A DNA stretch of 64,000 bases from Octopus vulgaris (GCA_951406725.2 OX597818.1:11718001-11782000); one strand, 5' to 3'; shown: positions 27,411 through 40,019, numbered from the stretch's first letter. Notes: a model not told the origin generated them from the sequence alone. Made by a program: numbers and translations.

Positions 27411-27442
27411 GTATGTATGTATATGTATATATATATATATAT
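26925..27442. repeat. Higher-order repeat of a (TA)n-derived unit, 3 copies
   Basis: TACCTTTGTATGCATAT..ATCATAT..ATCATAT..(TA)n starts at ~26952, 27104, 27248. Confidence 0.9.
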
Positions 27443-27636
27443 AGTAAATTGCAATTATTTGCAATATATATTAATGGTAAAATATCATTTAATACACTAG
27501 GCAAGTTAATTGCAATGCAATAAAAAACACTTGTGTATTAATAATTGCGTATTATACCAACAGTGGACCCACAACCCCGCTTGATCGGAGATGCAAAGGA
27601 TAGGCTTAACATTTTCAAATTTATAATTCTCGAAAT

Positions 27637-27694
27637 ATTATGCTGATGAAGGAAATTAATTTTTATAATTCTAATCCCGAAACGCATACATAAT
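27637..27694 (+). ncRNA. Minimal type I hammerhead-like motif in a (TA)n-flanked module (27443-27862)
   Basis: attatg-CTGATGA-A-GG..CCC-GAAAC-GC-ATA-cataat; perfect 6-bp stem I; stem II imperfect. Confidence 0.7.
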
Positions 27695-28217
27695 TAATCG
27701 TAGACTGTTTGATTTCGTTATTTTTTCTTCTTTTTGCCTATGTGAGTTACAAATATTGTTGTCTGTGGAGTCATATTTCTAGTTAAAAGAATTAGCTGTC
27801 TTTGGCTGCTATTTCTAAATTTTCGGTACGTGGTGAAGCAACTTGTTGTTAAACCCTTAATTATATATATATAGATATATATATATAATATATGTGTGTG
27901 TATATACATATATATATATATTCTTTTACTATTTCTTTTTTTTTTTTTTACTTCTTTCAATCATTTGACTGCGTCCATACTGGAACACCACCTTGAAGAG
28001 CATTTTTAAGTTGAACAAATTGACCCCAGGACTTTTTTAAAGCCTAGCACTTATTCTATCGGTCTTTTGCTGAACCTCTATGTTACGGGGACATAAACTC
28101 CACAACACCGGTTGTCAAGTGATAATAGGGTGACAAATGCTGACAGAAGGACACAAACACATAGATACAAAGATACATAAATGCATACATACATACATAC
28201 ATACATACATACATACA

Positions 28218-28251
<34 letters not shown>

Positions 28252-28333
28252 CATAGTTTTGAATGGTACAACAGTGCACTATAATACAAACAATGCGCTG
28301 TATACCTGTTGTAATTTAGTCATCCATAGTCTG

Positions 28334-28370
28334 ATATGATATTTCGGAATAAAATTCCTTCTTCAGATAT
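28334..28370 (-). ncRNA. Minimal hammerhead-like motif; mirror copy on + at 28993-29029
   Basis: atat-CTGAAGA-A-GGAATtttATTCC-GAAAT-ATC-atat; 5-bp stem II; loopless palindromic stem III. Confidence 0.55.
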
Positions 28371-28424
28371 TCTTAGATGAAGTCGCTGCTATAATCGGTT
28401 ATATATATATATATATATAACCGA

Positions 28425-28810
28425 CTAGCAGTATCGCCCGGCGTTGCTCAGGTTTGTAAGGGAAATAACTATAAAGCATCTTTAGAGAGTTATAGCCAAA
28501 AAATAGCAAAAAAATGGAAAAAAAAATGATGGTAAATTTTTTTGAGAGTAAAAAAAGGTTGAGTTGCGTCCCCTAGACAGTCTGTGGTTTGTTTTTTTTT
28601 ATTCTCGACCCCATGTCGAATTTATCGATTTTTTTCAGAACTGGGGGAACTTTTCAAAATTTTCGCTGCGTTAGTTTTGAATTATGACATTGGGCTATGC
28701 GTGTGTCAAGTTTCATCAGAATCGGTTGAAAGCCGTGGTCAGAGTGAGGGTACGAGAAAACAGACACACAGAAACACGCACAGACAAACTGCCGTTTATA
28801 TATAGAGAGA
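28425..28810 (-). mobile_element. Non-autonomous Helitron (386 bp)
   Basis: 5' TCTCTCTATATATAAACGG, 3' hairpin CCTGAGCAACGCCGGG then CTAG; between A and T with no TSD; empty site ACCGA|TTATTGC visible in the sister arm at ~28964-28976. Confidence 0.92.
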
Positions 28811-28904
28811 TTATTGCAGCGACTTCATCTAAGAATATCTGAAGAAGGAATTTTATAAAATTCCTTCTTCAGATATTCTTAGATGAAGTCGCTGCTATAA
28901 TCGG

Positions 28905-28964
<60 letters not shown>

Positions 28965-29530
28965 CCGATTATTGCAGCGACTTCATCTAAGAATATCTGA
29001 AGAAGGAATTTTATTCCGAAATATCACATCAGACAATGGATGACTAAATTACAACAGGTATATAACCCATTGTTTGTATTATAGTGCATTGTTGTACCAT
29101 TCAAAACTTTTTATTCTTTACAAGCAATACACAATGCTTCAAGCGAACTACAATACTCTCCTATACATACATACATTTCAGTTTCTCTCTACCAAATAAA
29201 CTCACATGGCTTTGGTGGGTCCGGGACTAGAATAGATGACACTTGCCCAAGATGCCACGCAGTGGGAGTGAACCTTGAATCACGTGGTTGGGAAGCAAGC
29301 ATCTAACCATACAGCCACGCATGCTCCCTCCCCCCATATACACACATACACCGCTTGACACCCGGTGTTTATGCGTTTACGTCCCCGTAAGTTAGTGGTT
29401 TGGCAAACGATACTGATAGAATAAGTATCAGGATTTAAAAGATAAGTACTTGGGCTCGATACATTCGACTAGAAAATTCTTCAACGCAGTACGTATGTAT
29501 GTATGTCTCTATGTGTGTATGTATCTATGA

Positions 29531-29590
<60 letters not shown>

Positions 29591-30252
29591 CTATGTATGT
29601 ATGTTTATACGAGATGAAGTACAAGTGCGAGTACAAATTGCAAATAGCAAAAATAAAAAAAAGTAAAGAAAGCCTCATTTGCTGAAGTTTTAGGGATTTT
29701 CTACTTCTGAAGACTGTACTGCAATCCCCAGTCCCATCAGCAACCATTAAATACTGTTGTTATGCAAGGGAGACGAAACAGAAAAGACCTGGACAAAACT
29801 TTATTGTTAACTCTTTTACAAAAACTTAGAATAACATTACAATAATAAAAGGTACGAAAGTTCTGATTCTTGTTTAGTATGCATTGGACCATAACAGAAC
29901 TGCAAATAACTCCAGAAAAATAATTTTAGTGACAAGAAAATGAATACCCAGATAAACAGGATATTAAGCAACCGGATTTCAAAATAGAACAAACACAGTA
30001 TAGTGACACCCAACGTACAGAAAAATTCAGAACAGGCAGATAAAGGTGAAAATAATCAATGAAGACATAATACAATAACATTGAAGAAGCAAGACTTCGA
30101 CAGTCATTGTTACCGCCCTAAAACAGCATAAGAGACACTAGAAAGAACACTGGTATAGAGCCAATAAAAGTCGTTGTAAAAGACAAAATCCACAGATATA
30201 AGCTTGAAAAAGCAAAGGAAGAAACTAACCAACGTGAACAATAACCTTAGAC

Positions 30253-32223
30253 CAGTGGTTCCCAACCTTTTTGTGATCGCGTACCACTTGGAGGTTTCGT
30301 ACAGCCGCTGCGTACCACTTGGTTCCAGAAAAACTCAGTTCGATCAGATATTAATTTAAACACAATTGAACTAACAACAAAGAATACATCTCAATTTAAT
30401 GCGGGGGCTGTATCTGTTTCTTCTCCACTAGTTGGTCAATGCGGGACATAACCTTACTCACAGCGCATCGGAAATCATGGCCAGATGCAGCAAGACGGTT
30501 CCGGCTCTTCGACTTCGTGGCCAGTAAGGCTGAGAACCCCTGCTTACACTCCCACGTAGAGGGGGAAATCAGTAGCTGGTGTACAGCGTGACGGGCTAGT
30601 GTAGGGTACGAGAAGGTCATGCTTAACCAGAAGTTTATAGGAGAGCACTCTTTGTGCTTCGTCTTTGTTGTCTCGTCAGCCTGGATATCTATGAGTTCCT
30701 CTTGTTCCCTGGTCCCGACAGGCAACTCGGCTGGGTCAGCGGAGAGTGGATTGGCGATGTAGGCACACATCATGTCCGGGAGGTAATGCATCAACTCAGT
30801 CTTGAGCACTGAGAGGTGACAGACGATTTCTTGGGCAAATTCATCATTGGGCTCTCAAGGGTAGACAGGAGTTCGAACATTCCGTAGCGTTTGTTCTCCA
30901 CGTTCTTCAACCACAGATCCAACTTCCGGACAAATGCTCCCAGCTTAACGATGAACTGTGACAGTGCAGTTAGGCTCTTGAAACGACAAGTTTAGGTGGG
31001 TGAGGGCTCCAAAAATGTCCGACGGGTAAGCCAACCTTGAGATAAATTCCTCGTCTTCCAGATCTTTTTGATAATCGTGTTCCTTCACCGTGAAGAAAAT
31101 AAGAAGTTCATCCCTCAGTTCAAAGAGGCACCTTGTCACATTACCCTGGGAGAGCCAGCGAAGCTCTGTGTGGTAGAGGAGACAGGTGTGGTCAGAGCTG
31201 AAATCGTCGCAGAGCAGTCTGAACAGCTGAGTATTCAGAGCTGACGTTTTGACGAAATTCTCGATTCTGATAACTCAGTTCAAGCGTGATAAAAACTTTG
31301 GAAGGAGGACCTAAGAACAAAGGATGAATCTGTGTATGAAACATTGGACAGCGGTGGCGTTTGGTGATACAGCTTTCACATAGGATTGAAAACCTGATTT
31401 TCGACCGAGCATAGATGGAGCCCCATCTGTCGTGCATCCGACCAACTTTCCCCAACCCAGTTCATTCTGCTTGAAGAAATTGTCCAAAACGTCGAAAATA
31501 TCCTTTCCTTTCGTAGTACTGGACAGCTCCTGGCTCAGCAGCATTATTCTGCGTAAAGTGGACGTAGGCAAGTAGTTAACAGTAGTTGGTGACGTCTGTC
31601 GATTCGTCGAGTTGAATGGCAAACCCATACTTTGAGTCTCTCACTCCCTCAATTACTTGGTCGGCAATGTCGACCGACATCTCCTCGATATGGTGCTTTA
31701 CAGTGTTGTTAGAGACGGAAACACTCTCCAACTTCGCCGCCGCCTCCTCTCCAATCACGTTCCTGACTAAGATCTTTGCCGCTGGCATGACGAGAGACTC
31801 TACAATGGTATACGCTTTCATGTTTTTGGCCACCAGGATAGCAACTTCATAGGATGCTTTCACAATTCCTGCCCTCTTCTGGTAGATCTGGCCAATCTTG
31901 TCTATGCGCTGCCGCTTCACGTTCTCCCCAAGTAGCGGAAGTAACTCTGATCTCGCTCCTTCTTGTCCGTGTGATTCCTCTCAAGATGACATTTGAGCAG
32001 GCTGAGTTTCATGGCCGCTTTGGAAAGGGACTTCATTCAGACCACACACTGCGGAAGAGCTTCTCATCCACGTTCGATTGCAATGAAGCCATACTTTATG
32101 CACGCAGGGTTATAGTTTCGCTTCGGCATGTTATCAAATCCTGTGGAAAAGTAAAAAAAATAATTAATCAATCAAGAAATAAAGAAATATAAAAATAAAA
32201 AATAAACAAAATAATAGTAATAC

Positions 32224-32273
<50 letters not shown>

Positions 32274-32764
32274 TACACAATAGGAAAATTATGGGTATGA
32301 AAGTAGCAAATCTTTGCCAGATTACCTTGTGTAAGGCAGTAAACATTTTTGTGAAGAAAATATTAACTTGTAACGGCATGCCTGCCTCGCTAGCCCCCAG
32401 TCAGCCTCTACCCAGCACAGAGAGAACAAAGACATGCACCAGAAACTAAACACACAACTATCATTTCTTAATGAGCACACTGTGCGTTTTATAAGCGCGT
32501 GTCCCTCAAGGTCACACATAAGCTTCACGCCATCCTCGAGGCCAGGCACATTTGTTGGACGGCACTGATCACTGTGTGGTATGCTAGCAATCGAAAAGTA
32601 TTGATATCTGGTTGATAGATTTGGAAAGCATTAATCACATACTGGCCGAATACTGGAAACGGCACAAACTAAAGATCGCATATTACCCCGAAAGTGCTCG
32701 CGTACCACCTGGAAAGCCCTCGGGTACTATTAGAAGTGCGCGTACCACTGGGTGAGAACCTCTG
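30253..32764 (-). mobile_element. Full-length hAT (Buster group) DNA transposon
   Basis: Perfect 8-bp TSD CCTTAGAC (30245-52, 32765-72) with central TA; TIRs CAGTGGTTCCCAACC / CAGAGGTTCTCACCC; subterminal CGTACCAC repeats. Confidence 0.96.
30396..32129 (-). pseudogene. Buster/ZBED8/FAM200-like hAT transposase, frameshifted
   Basis: MPKRNYN start; FAIQLDESTD, GCTTDGAPSMLG, QCFIHR, LFELRDEL, SRLAYPSDIF, STWECKQGFSAL..KSKSRNRL across several frames. Confidence 0.95.
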
Positions 32765-32879
32765 CCTTAGACAAAGGAATTAATAATTTATAGAAAATGA
32801 GGACGAACACTGAAATTGAAATAGTTCTCTCCTGAGGATCATATTATGAAACGCAGTTTTGATAAATAAAGCAATCTAC

Positions 32880-33465
32880 ATGTATGTTTTGTCTTATGTA
32901 CGCATTCTCATGCGTATACTGGCATATCAAGACATGCTCATATATATTTAAATGATAAACTTCTGGAAAATTTTACAGATTTTTACAGTTCCAGTGATGG
33001 ATTGGATCTGAAGTCTTCGAATTAGCTTTCTCCTTTCTGGTTTTGAGAAACCCAATTTCTCAAGATTGCTATTTAGGCAGTGTGTTACATATCCCAGGGT
33101 CTCAATAATTACACGTATAAACTTGAACTTGTAATCTGGATAGAGTAACCGCAGATTTCTCAATAGTTAAGTATAGATATCCTCTTTTTCACTGATCTTT
33201 ATCTTTATGTTAACATCCGCTGGATAGCTAATTTCTACAACTGTACACAGTTTCTCTTCTCTGTCCCAAATCGTTATATTAGGTCTGTTGTGCTTACATT
33301 GTATTGAGGTCTTCACTGGGACATTCCACCAGTACACCTTTTTATTATGAGTGGCCATGGTTCCTACCATACTATGGGTTCTTCTGATGGATTTCATTAT
33401 AGAGTGTCCTAGCTACATCTTATCTCATCGGTAGATAAGTCATGATGACATTTTCGGACAACTGC
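32880..33465 (-). mobile_element. RLE-type LINE 3' fragment
   Basis: WWNVPVKTSIQCKHNRPNITIWDREEKLCTVVEISYP (PD-(D/E)xK-type nuclease region). Confidence 0.9.
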
Positions 33466-33489
33466 TTATGTATGTATGTATGTATGTAA

Positions 33490-36480
33490 TTCAGATTTAC
33501 TTCTAGATTTCTTGCCAGTGGAGAAAGGGCCAGTTTCTAACATAGATCCAAGGCTCCCTTACAGCAATTTTAAAGAACATCAACAAGATATTTGTGCATA
33601 TTTGTGTCTATATGTGCAATATTTGGAGTCAGTGTACGTGCAGATTTGTATTTCCTATTTTATATATGTATCCTCATGCATATAGTTACATCTAAAGACA
33701 TGCGCATATATACTTAAGTATTATACTTCTGGAAAGTTTTTAAGATTTTGACAGTTCCATTGATGGCTTGAATCTGTAATCTTCGAATTAGATTTTTCTT
33801 TTCTGGCTTTGAGAAGCCTAATTTTTCAAGATTGGTACTTAAACAGTTCGTTACCAATCCTTGTGCACCAATAACTAGAGGTATAAGCCTGAAATTGTAA
33901 TCCGAGTAGAAGATTTGTAAATTTCTCAATAGTTTAGTGTATGTATTTTCTTTTTCTGTGATTTTTAGCTTTATGTTGACATCCACTGAGCGACTGATTT
34001 CCTCTACTCTACACAGTTTCTTTCCTCTGTCCCAAATCACTGTCTGGTCTATTATATTTAGATTTTATTGGGGCTTTCACTGGGACATTCCACAAGTACT
34101 CTTTCATGTCATGAGTGGCTATGGCCCCTACCACACTGTGGTTTCTTATTTCTTTGGCCTCAGGATTATCCTTCCGACGGATCTCATTACACAGTATCTT
34201 GGCAACAACGTCATGTCTGATCGGTAGATAATAACGTGATGACACTTTTGGACAACTGTTTATGATGTGAATGATGTTAACTCTACAAAGTCTTGCATCG
34301 GTTATCACATTTTGGTGTTTTTCCTGTGTCTCTGCCCCTTTTGTGCATCAGGTATTTGGTTGCTATTTCCTATTCTTAGATTGAAAAGGCATACCCTTCA
34401 AAGTGAGAGTTAGTAATCCGGTTGTTAGTCCATGATAGACTGTCTTGATTATCAATGTTACTGCCACCCTAGAACTTTCTACTAACATATATATGCATGG
34501 TCTTCTACTGGTATCCTTTAATCTGGTGATACGTTGCTATAGAGTCGTGCAATTTCTTTGGGCATGTATTCAAGGTTATAAGACAAGAAATTTTGCACGG
34601 GGATCTGCTTTCCAAGTCTCATGATGTTATCTGCACGTGTATGCAAACTTCGTCAAGGGATGTATTTCGATGCTTCATGGTTAAAAGGTGTTGTCGAAAG
34701 AATATGATGTGATGTTGAAAGGCAAGCCTCTACCCCTTCGTTTTCGTTTTAGGTAGAGGCAGTCTACGTCTCTGTTGATGTGAAAACTATTTGTGCTGGT
34801 CAGCATCTTCTGGGTTTTCACATCAGTGCCTCGGATTTCATCAAGCGTCCACTCAAGTAGCCCAAATGTTGGCATGAGTACTGAGTGGCTGGATTCTTAT
34901 TCCTTCGGCCTCATGATTATCCTTACGACGGATCTCATTATACAGTATCTTGGCAACAACGTCATGTCTGATCGGTAGACAATAACGTGATCACATTTTT
35001 GGACAACTGTTTATGATGTGAATGATGTTAACTTTACAGAGTCTTGCATCAGTTATCACATTGTGGCACACTGCTTTATTGAACGCAGAGAGTTCCGAGG
35101 TCCATATTTTCGTTATCTGCCTGTAATATTCTTTAGTGATACATGTCTTGTTACAGGTACCATCGTAAGATATGTTTTCATCTACTCCTAGACATCTGTA
35201 ACATTGCTCATCAGATATAGAAGAAACAGTTAAGTCATTGGTGGAGATGCTGCTCGTCTGCTTTACAGTTTTTTTCTTTCTCTTTTCTCAACGATACGAG
35301 TTCTAATCAGAAAGTACCGGGACTGGTGCTATAAAAAGAAAACTACAACACATGTGAATTTGGCACTTAATCTCCTTCGAACTAATCCCTTCCTCAAGCC
35401 CCCCACCGTATCCAGCGTCGTTTCTGCTGATGGGAGCATTCCTGGAACTCCTTTTGGGGGATAACGAGCAGCTGTCTCTTCGTATCCCTTTCAAGTAGGA
35501 TTTCATTTTTTGAAAGAAGTAAAAGTCACAAGAGGCAAGATCTGGGGGAATATGTCGTTGTCGGACCTGGGGAATGGTATGCTTGGCCAAAAACTGTTGC
35601 ACAAACTGTGTTAAATGTGGTAGTGGGTTGTCATGGTGGATTTATCACTCACTGGGAGCATGCAATTCTGTCCGACAACCACACTCTACACCCCCCCCCT
35701 TCCAAGCACTGCTATAAACAACAGAAATGAATGAAGACGTTATAACTTTGTGTGCATGCGTGACAGAGTTCAAGGTTAATTTGTGCCAAGAGGCTTCACA
35801 CTGCGAACTTTAGCTCCGTTACCATACTTTTTGATCGGACATCGTATAGCAACATTTATCCTGACCAAACTCGAACCCTGTACCTTTTGAGAATGTTGTA
35901 TCCAGGTCAAGGCTCTTTTTCAACTCATGCATACTCTTGACAAATAATTTCAAGTCATCCACATAGAAGCAGTGCGTAATTTCGGCATTTCTGTTCCCTC
36001 GTGAACTACTGAGATACCTTCCAAACTTCAACATAAATGACAAAATGTTTAGTGAAAGTATGAACAGCATCACGGAGAAGTTCCCATTAGAATATGCTTC
36101 TGCGATACAGTATTTTATCAGTGATAATACAATCACTCCATGTATTCAACTTCAAGTTGGTGACCCAGGATGAAGAATGCCAGCTATGGCTTTGATTAAG
36201 CTCTCTGGAACTTTAACAAGTTGAAGGGTTTCTTGCATCCACGACTGGGAGCAGAATCAAATGCTTTCTTGTAGTCCAGAAACCAGGTTCCACCTATGCT
36301 CTCGCACCTCTGGCATTAGTTTTGTTTTATCAACAATTGCTCGACACATACTCAAACTCCCTTCTTTCCAGCTGCTTGTTCTGATGCGATCATGTTATTA
36401 CCTTCACGATGGTCTTGGAGAAAGACATTTAAACTGCTGTATATATTTTGTACATTAACTTCTGGCATGCAATGGTCCAG
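33490..36480 (-). mobile_element. Longer RLE-type (R4/Dong-like) LINE relic with RT, Cys motif, RHD and nuclease regions
   Basis: THCFYVDDLKLF, DVDCLYLKRKRRGRGL, HIINSCPKVSSRYYLPIRHDVVAK, NRPD; interrupted by a mariner. Confidence 0.92.
35297..35844 (-). mobile_element. Internally deleted mariner nested in the LINE
   Basis: TA on both sides; imperfect TIRs; IPPDLASCDFYFFQKMKSYLKG (YSPDLAP motif); 5' end similar to 14850-15030. Confidence 0.88.
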
Positions 36481-36654
36481 GAGTGTTTTATTTTGCTATG
36501 TGAGTATATATGTATGTATGTAGAGAGAGAAAGAGAAAGAGGGAGAGAGAGGGAGAGACATATATACATGTATTATACACACGTATATATACCAGCATAC
36601 ATATGCGTGTAGGTATGTATGTACGTATGTATGTATGTATGCATGTAGACATGT

Positions 36655-37125
36655 ATGACATTATTCAATTTTATTTCAAGATTTCTTGCCAATAAGGAAG
36701 AGCCGGTTTCTAACCTAGATCCAAGGTTCGTTCAATGGAATGACAACATCAACAGGGTATTTTTTATGTATGCATGTATATGTGCAGATTTGTATGTTTC
36801 GTTTTATGTATGTATTCTCATTCATAGAGTTGCATGTCTAGACATGCTCATATATACATGAATGATAAACTTCTGGAAAGCTTCACAGAGTTTTACAGTT
36901 TCAGTGATGGATTGGATCTGTAGTCTTCGAATCAGCTTTACCTTTTCTGGTTTTAAGAAGCCTAATTTCTCAATATTGATATTTAGGCAGTGTGTTACAT
37001 ATCCCAGTACCCCCATACTTACTGGTATAAACCTGAACTTGTAATCTGCAGATTTGTCAATAGTTCAGCATAGATATTTTCTATTACGCTGATCTTTAGC
37101 TTTATGTTAACATCTGCTGAGCAGC
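36655..37125 (-). mobile_element. RLE-type LINE 3' fragment (third in cluster)
   Basis: LGYVTHCL..LIRRLQIQSITETVKLC plus the shared 3' UTR. Confidence 0.9.
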
Positions 37126-37179
37126 TCTATCTATCTATCTATCTATGAATGAATGAACACAACTGGCGACCACACACTT

Positions 37180-37412
37180 TCTTATTTCTTTATTGCCCAC
37201 AAGGGGCTAAACGTAGAGAGGACAAATAAGGACAGACAAACGGATTAAGTTGATTACATCGACCCCAGTGCGTAACTGGTACTTATTTAATCGACCCCGA
37301 AAGGATGAAAGGCAAAGTCGACCTCGGCGGAATTTGAACGCAGAACGTAACGGTAGACGAAATACTGCTAAACATTTCACCCGGTGTGCTAACGTTTCTG
37401 CCAGCTCACCGC
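37180..37412 (-). mobile_element. SINE family A, full length
   Basis: Near-identical to 42383-42612. Confidence 0.92.
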
Positions 37413-37828
37413 ACACTTTCCGCCAGCCAAATTTCACCCACAAGTTACATTATAGAACTTCTACACCTTAGTTAGGTTCGAGAAAATGTGATCGAACTTG
37501 GAGCTAGTTGGTTGCAAAGACAACAACTTAACTACAGCTTTATGCTTATTTTTCAGACAAATCAGTGAAGAATTTGACTTCTGGGTGGCAAAGAGAGCAA
37601 AAGGAATTGGAATTTCCTTGTAAGTTGTGGAAAACATCACCAATTACTCGATCTCCTTCATTTTGACTGTGTTTAATTTAGTCTTAAAAACTAGAATTAA
37701 CAGAAGTTGATTAACCTATACTGCTAATTTACTGTCTGCTTTCTCCGAAAATTCGCAAATACGGCGTCGTTGCAAGGAAGCATGATGTTTGGGTGTATTA
37801 GGAGATAGTTACACACACACTTACACTT

Positions 37829-37884
<56 letters not shown>

Positions 37885-38015
37885 ACGCACTCACACACAC
37901 GTGTGTGTGTATCTATCTATCTATATATATATTGATCAAAGTGACATTAACATTTATTTATAGCTTTTTTATGTACGTATTTACGCATTTCTTATTTGTT
38001 TGATACAGTAGTTTA

Positions 38016-38055
<40 letters not shown>

Positions 38056-38110
38056 CATTCATACATATACATATACATATACATAGATACATACACATAT
38101 ATATACATAT

Positions 38111-38165
<55 letters not shown>

Positions 38166-38196
38166 ACACACACATACGTAGATGCATATATATACA

Positions 38197-38239
<43 letters not shown>

Positions 38240-38380
38240 TGTTCCTGTTTTCGGTCGTAGATTTAGTTCGGAGTAAGAAACAGACGAAGGCCAGACAGCG
38301 CTTAAAATGAAGTACTTCGATTGTTCACTAGTACTTATGGCTAATTTCGCATGACGCCCGACACTACTACTCAACTCTTC

Positions 38381-38492
<112 letters not shown>

Positions 38493-38579
38493 CTCCTCGT
38501 TTTCTTTCTTTCTCCTCCCTTTTCTTATCTTTTTTCTCCATTTTCTGTTCACTAACTGCTCTGTCTTTCTTTCTTTCCT

Positions 38580-38647
<68 letters not shown>

Positions 38648-38984
38648 TCCTTCGTTCGTTCTTTCTTTTTCTCTTTGTCTTTCTTCTCTTTCATTCTTTC
38701 TTTCTTTTTTTCGCTCTTCCTCCTCTTCAACTTCTCTTCAACCTCACCCTTCTCTTCCTATGTCGTCTGCTCCAACTCCAATGTCTCGCGCTCTCTCCCC
38801 TTCCTCCTCCTTTCTTTTCTCTTCCTCATATCACTTTACAATACGGCGACCTTCGATTAGCTAAATGTGTTCCATTGTTGTTTTAACCATTCCACCTGAC
38901 CAACACAACAGGGAAAATAGACAAATTAAACCTTAATTAATACAAATACTTTCTCTTCTCATTAATTGTTCCTTTTTTCTTATA

Positions 38985-39371
38985 TTCTTTTACTTGCTTC
39001 AGTCATAGGACTGTAGCCATGCTGGGGCACCATCTTGAAAATGTTTTAGTCAATCAAACCGACACCAGTATTTACGTTCAGTTTGAATTTTATTGTATTG
39101 GTCTCTTTCTGCCGAACTGGTAAGTTACAGGGACGTAAAACAAAGGAATATTAGTTGTCAGGTGCTGACAGAGAAGCACAAATAAACAGACATACACCGC
39201 ACACATACAATATTTTTGTGACTGTCTGGTAAGAAGCTGCTTCTCAACTACATGGTTCCGGGTTCAATCCCACAGCGTGGCACCTTGGGCAAGTGTTTTC
39301 TGCTATAGCATCGGACATTGTGAGTGGATTTGGTAGACGGAAACTGAAAGAAGCCCGTTGTATATATATAC

Positions 39372-39457
<86 letters not shown>

Positions 39458-39690
39458 GTATGTGTGTGTGTATGTTTGTGCTTGCCCCCCTCCCCACCGC
39501 TATCGCTTGACAAGCGATGGTGATGTGTTTATGTCCTCATAAACTAGCGGTTCGGCAAAAAAGGCTGGTTGAATAAGTATAAGGCTTACAAAGAATAAGA
39601 CCTGGCGTCGATTTCTTCGACCAAAAACCATCTAAGGCGGTGCTCCAGCATGGCTGCAGTCAAATAACAGAAACAAGAATAAAAGAATAT
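38985..39690. mobile_element. SINE family B: partial (-) copy 38985-39200 and (+) copy 39215-39690
   Basis: Match to family B. Confidence 0.8.
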
Positions 39691-39759
39691 ATATATCTAT
39701 GTGTACGTATGTATGCATGTATGTGTGTATATGTATGTATCGGCTGCGTGTGTGCTTAC

Positions 39760-39966
39760 TTTGCTTACGACAGCCCATCAAGGTGATGGAAACGTCTATA
39801 CAAGACATTTATCCTCCTTCACCTCCGGTATATTGTTTCTCATGGGAGCGAACGTTGTTGACAAGACCGACTCGAGATCTCGTGGCACTGAAGACACTGA
39901 AAGTGTCCCCGAACAACAACTGCAGGGACTTGGTGATAACATCTTATCCTTCCATCACGCAGTCTC
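39760..39966 (-). other. Candidate spliced exon, probably non-coding or UTR
   Basis: (CT)n tract then CCCTCTCAG|; tandem GTAAGC donors (exon end 39769 or 39760); unique sequence; all three frames contain a stop. Confidence 0.4.
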
Positions 39967-39974
39967 CTGAGAGG

Positions 39975-40019
<45 letters not shown>

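Larger units (their letters stand above)
28256..29109. repeat. Double foldback (A>(TA)n<a a>(TA)n<A) with hammerhead-like motifs in the outer arms; Penelope-like end
   Basis: Arm 28256-28400 is inverted at 28962-29109; truncated inner arms meet at GGAATTTTATAAAATTCC (~28846-28864). Confidence 0.85.
27940..29325 (-). mobile_element. SINE family B split by an ~850-bp insertion in its internal microsatellite
   Basis: 3' half at 27940-28250, 5' half at 29160-29325, collinear. Confidence 0.8.

Noticed and set aside
39888-39910. CTGAAGA followed by a CAC/GTG hairpin
   Set aside because: GAAA is in the loop rather than after stem II; topology is wrong.
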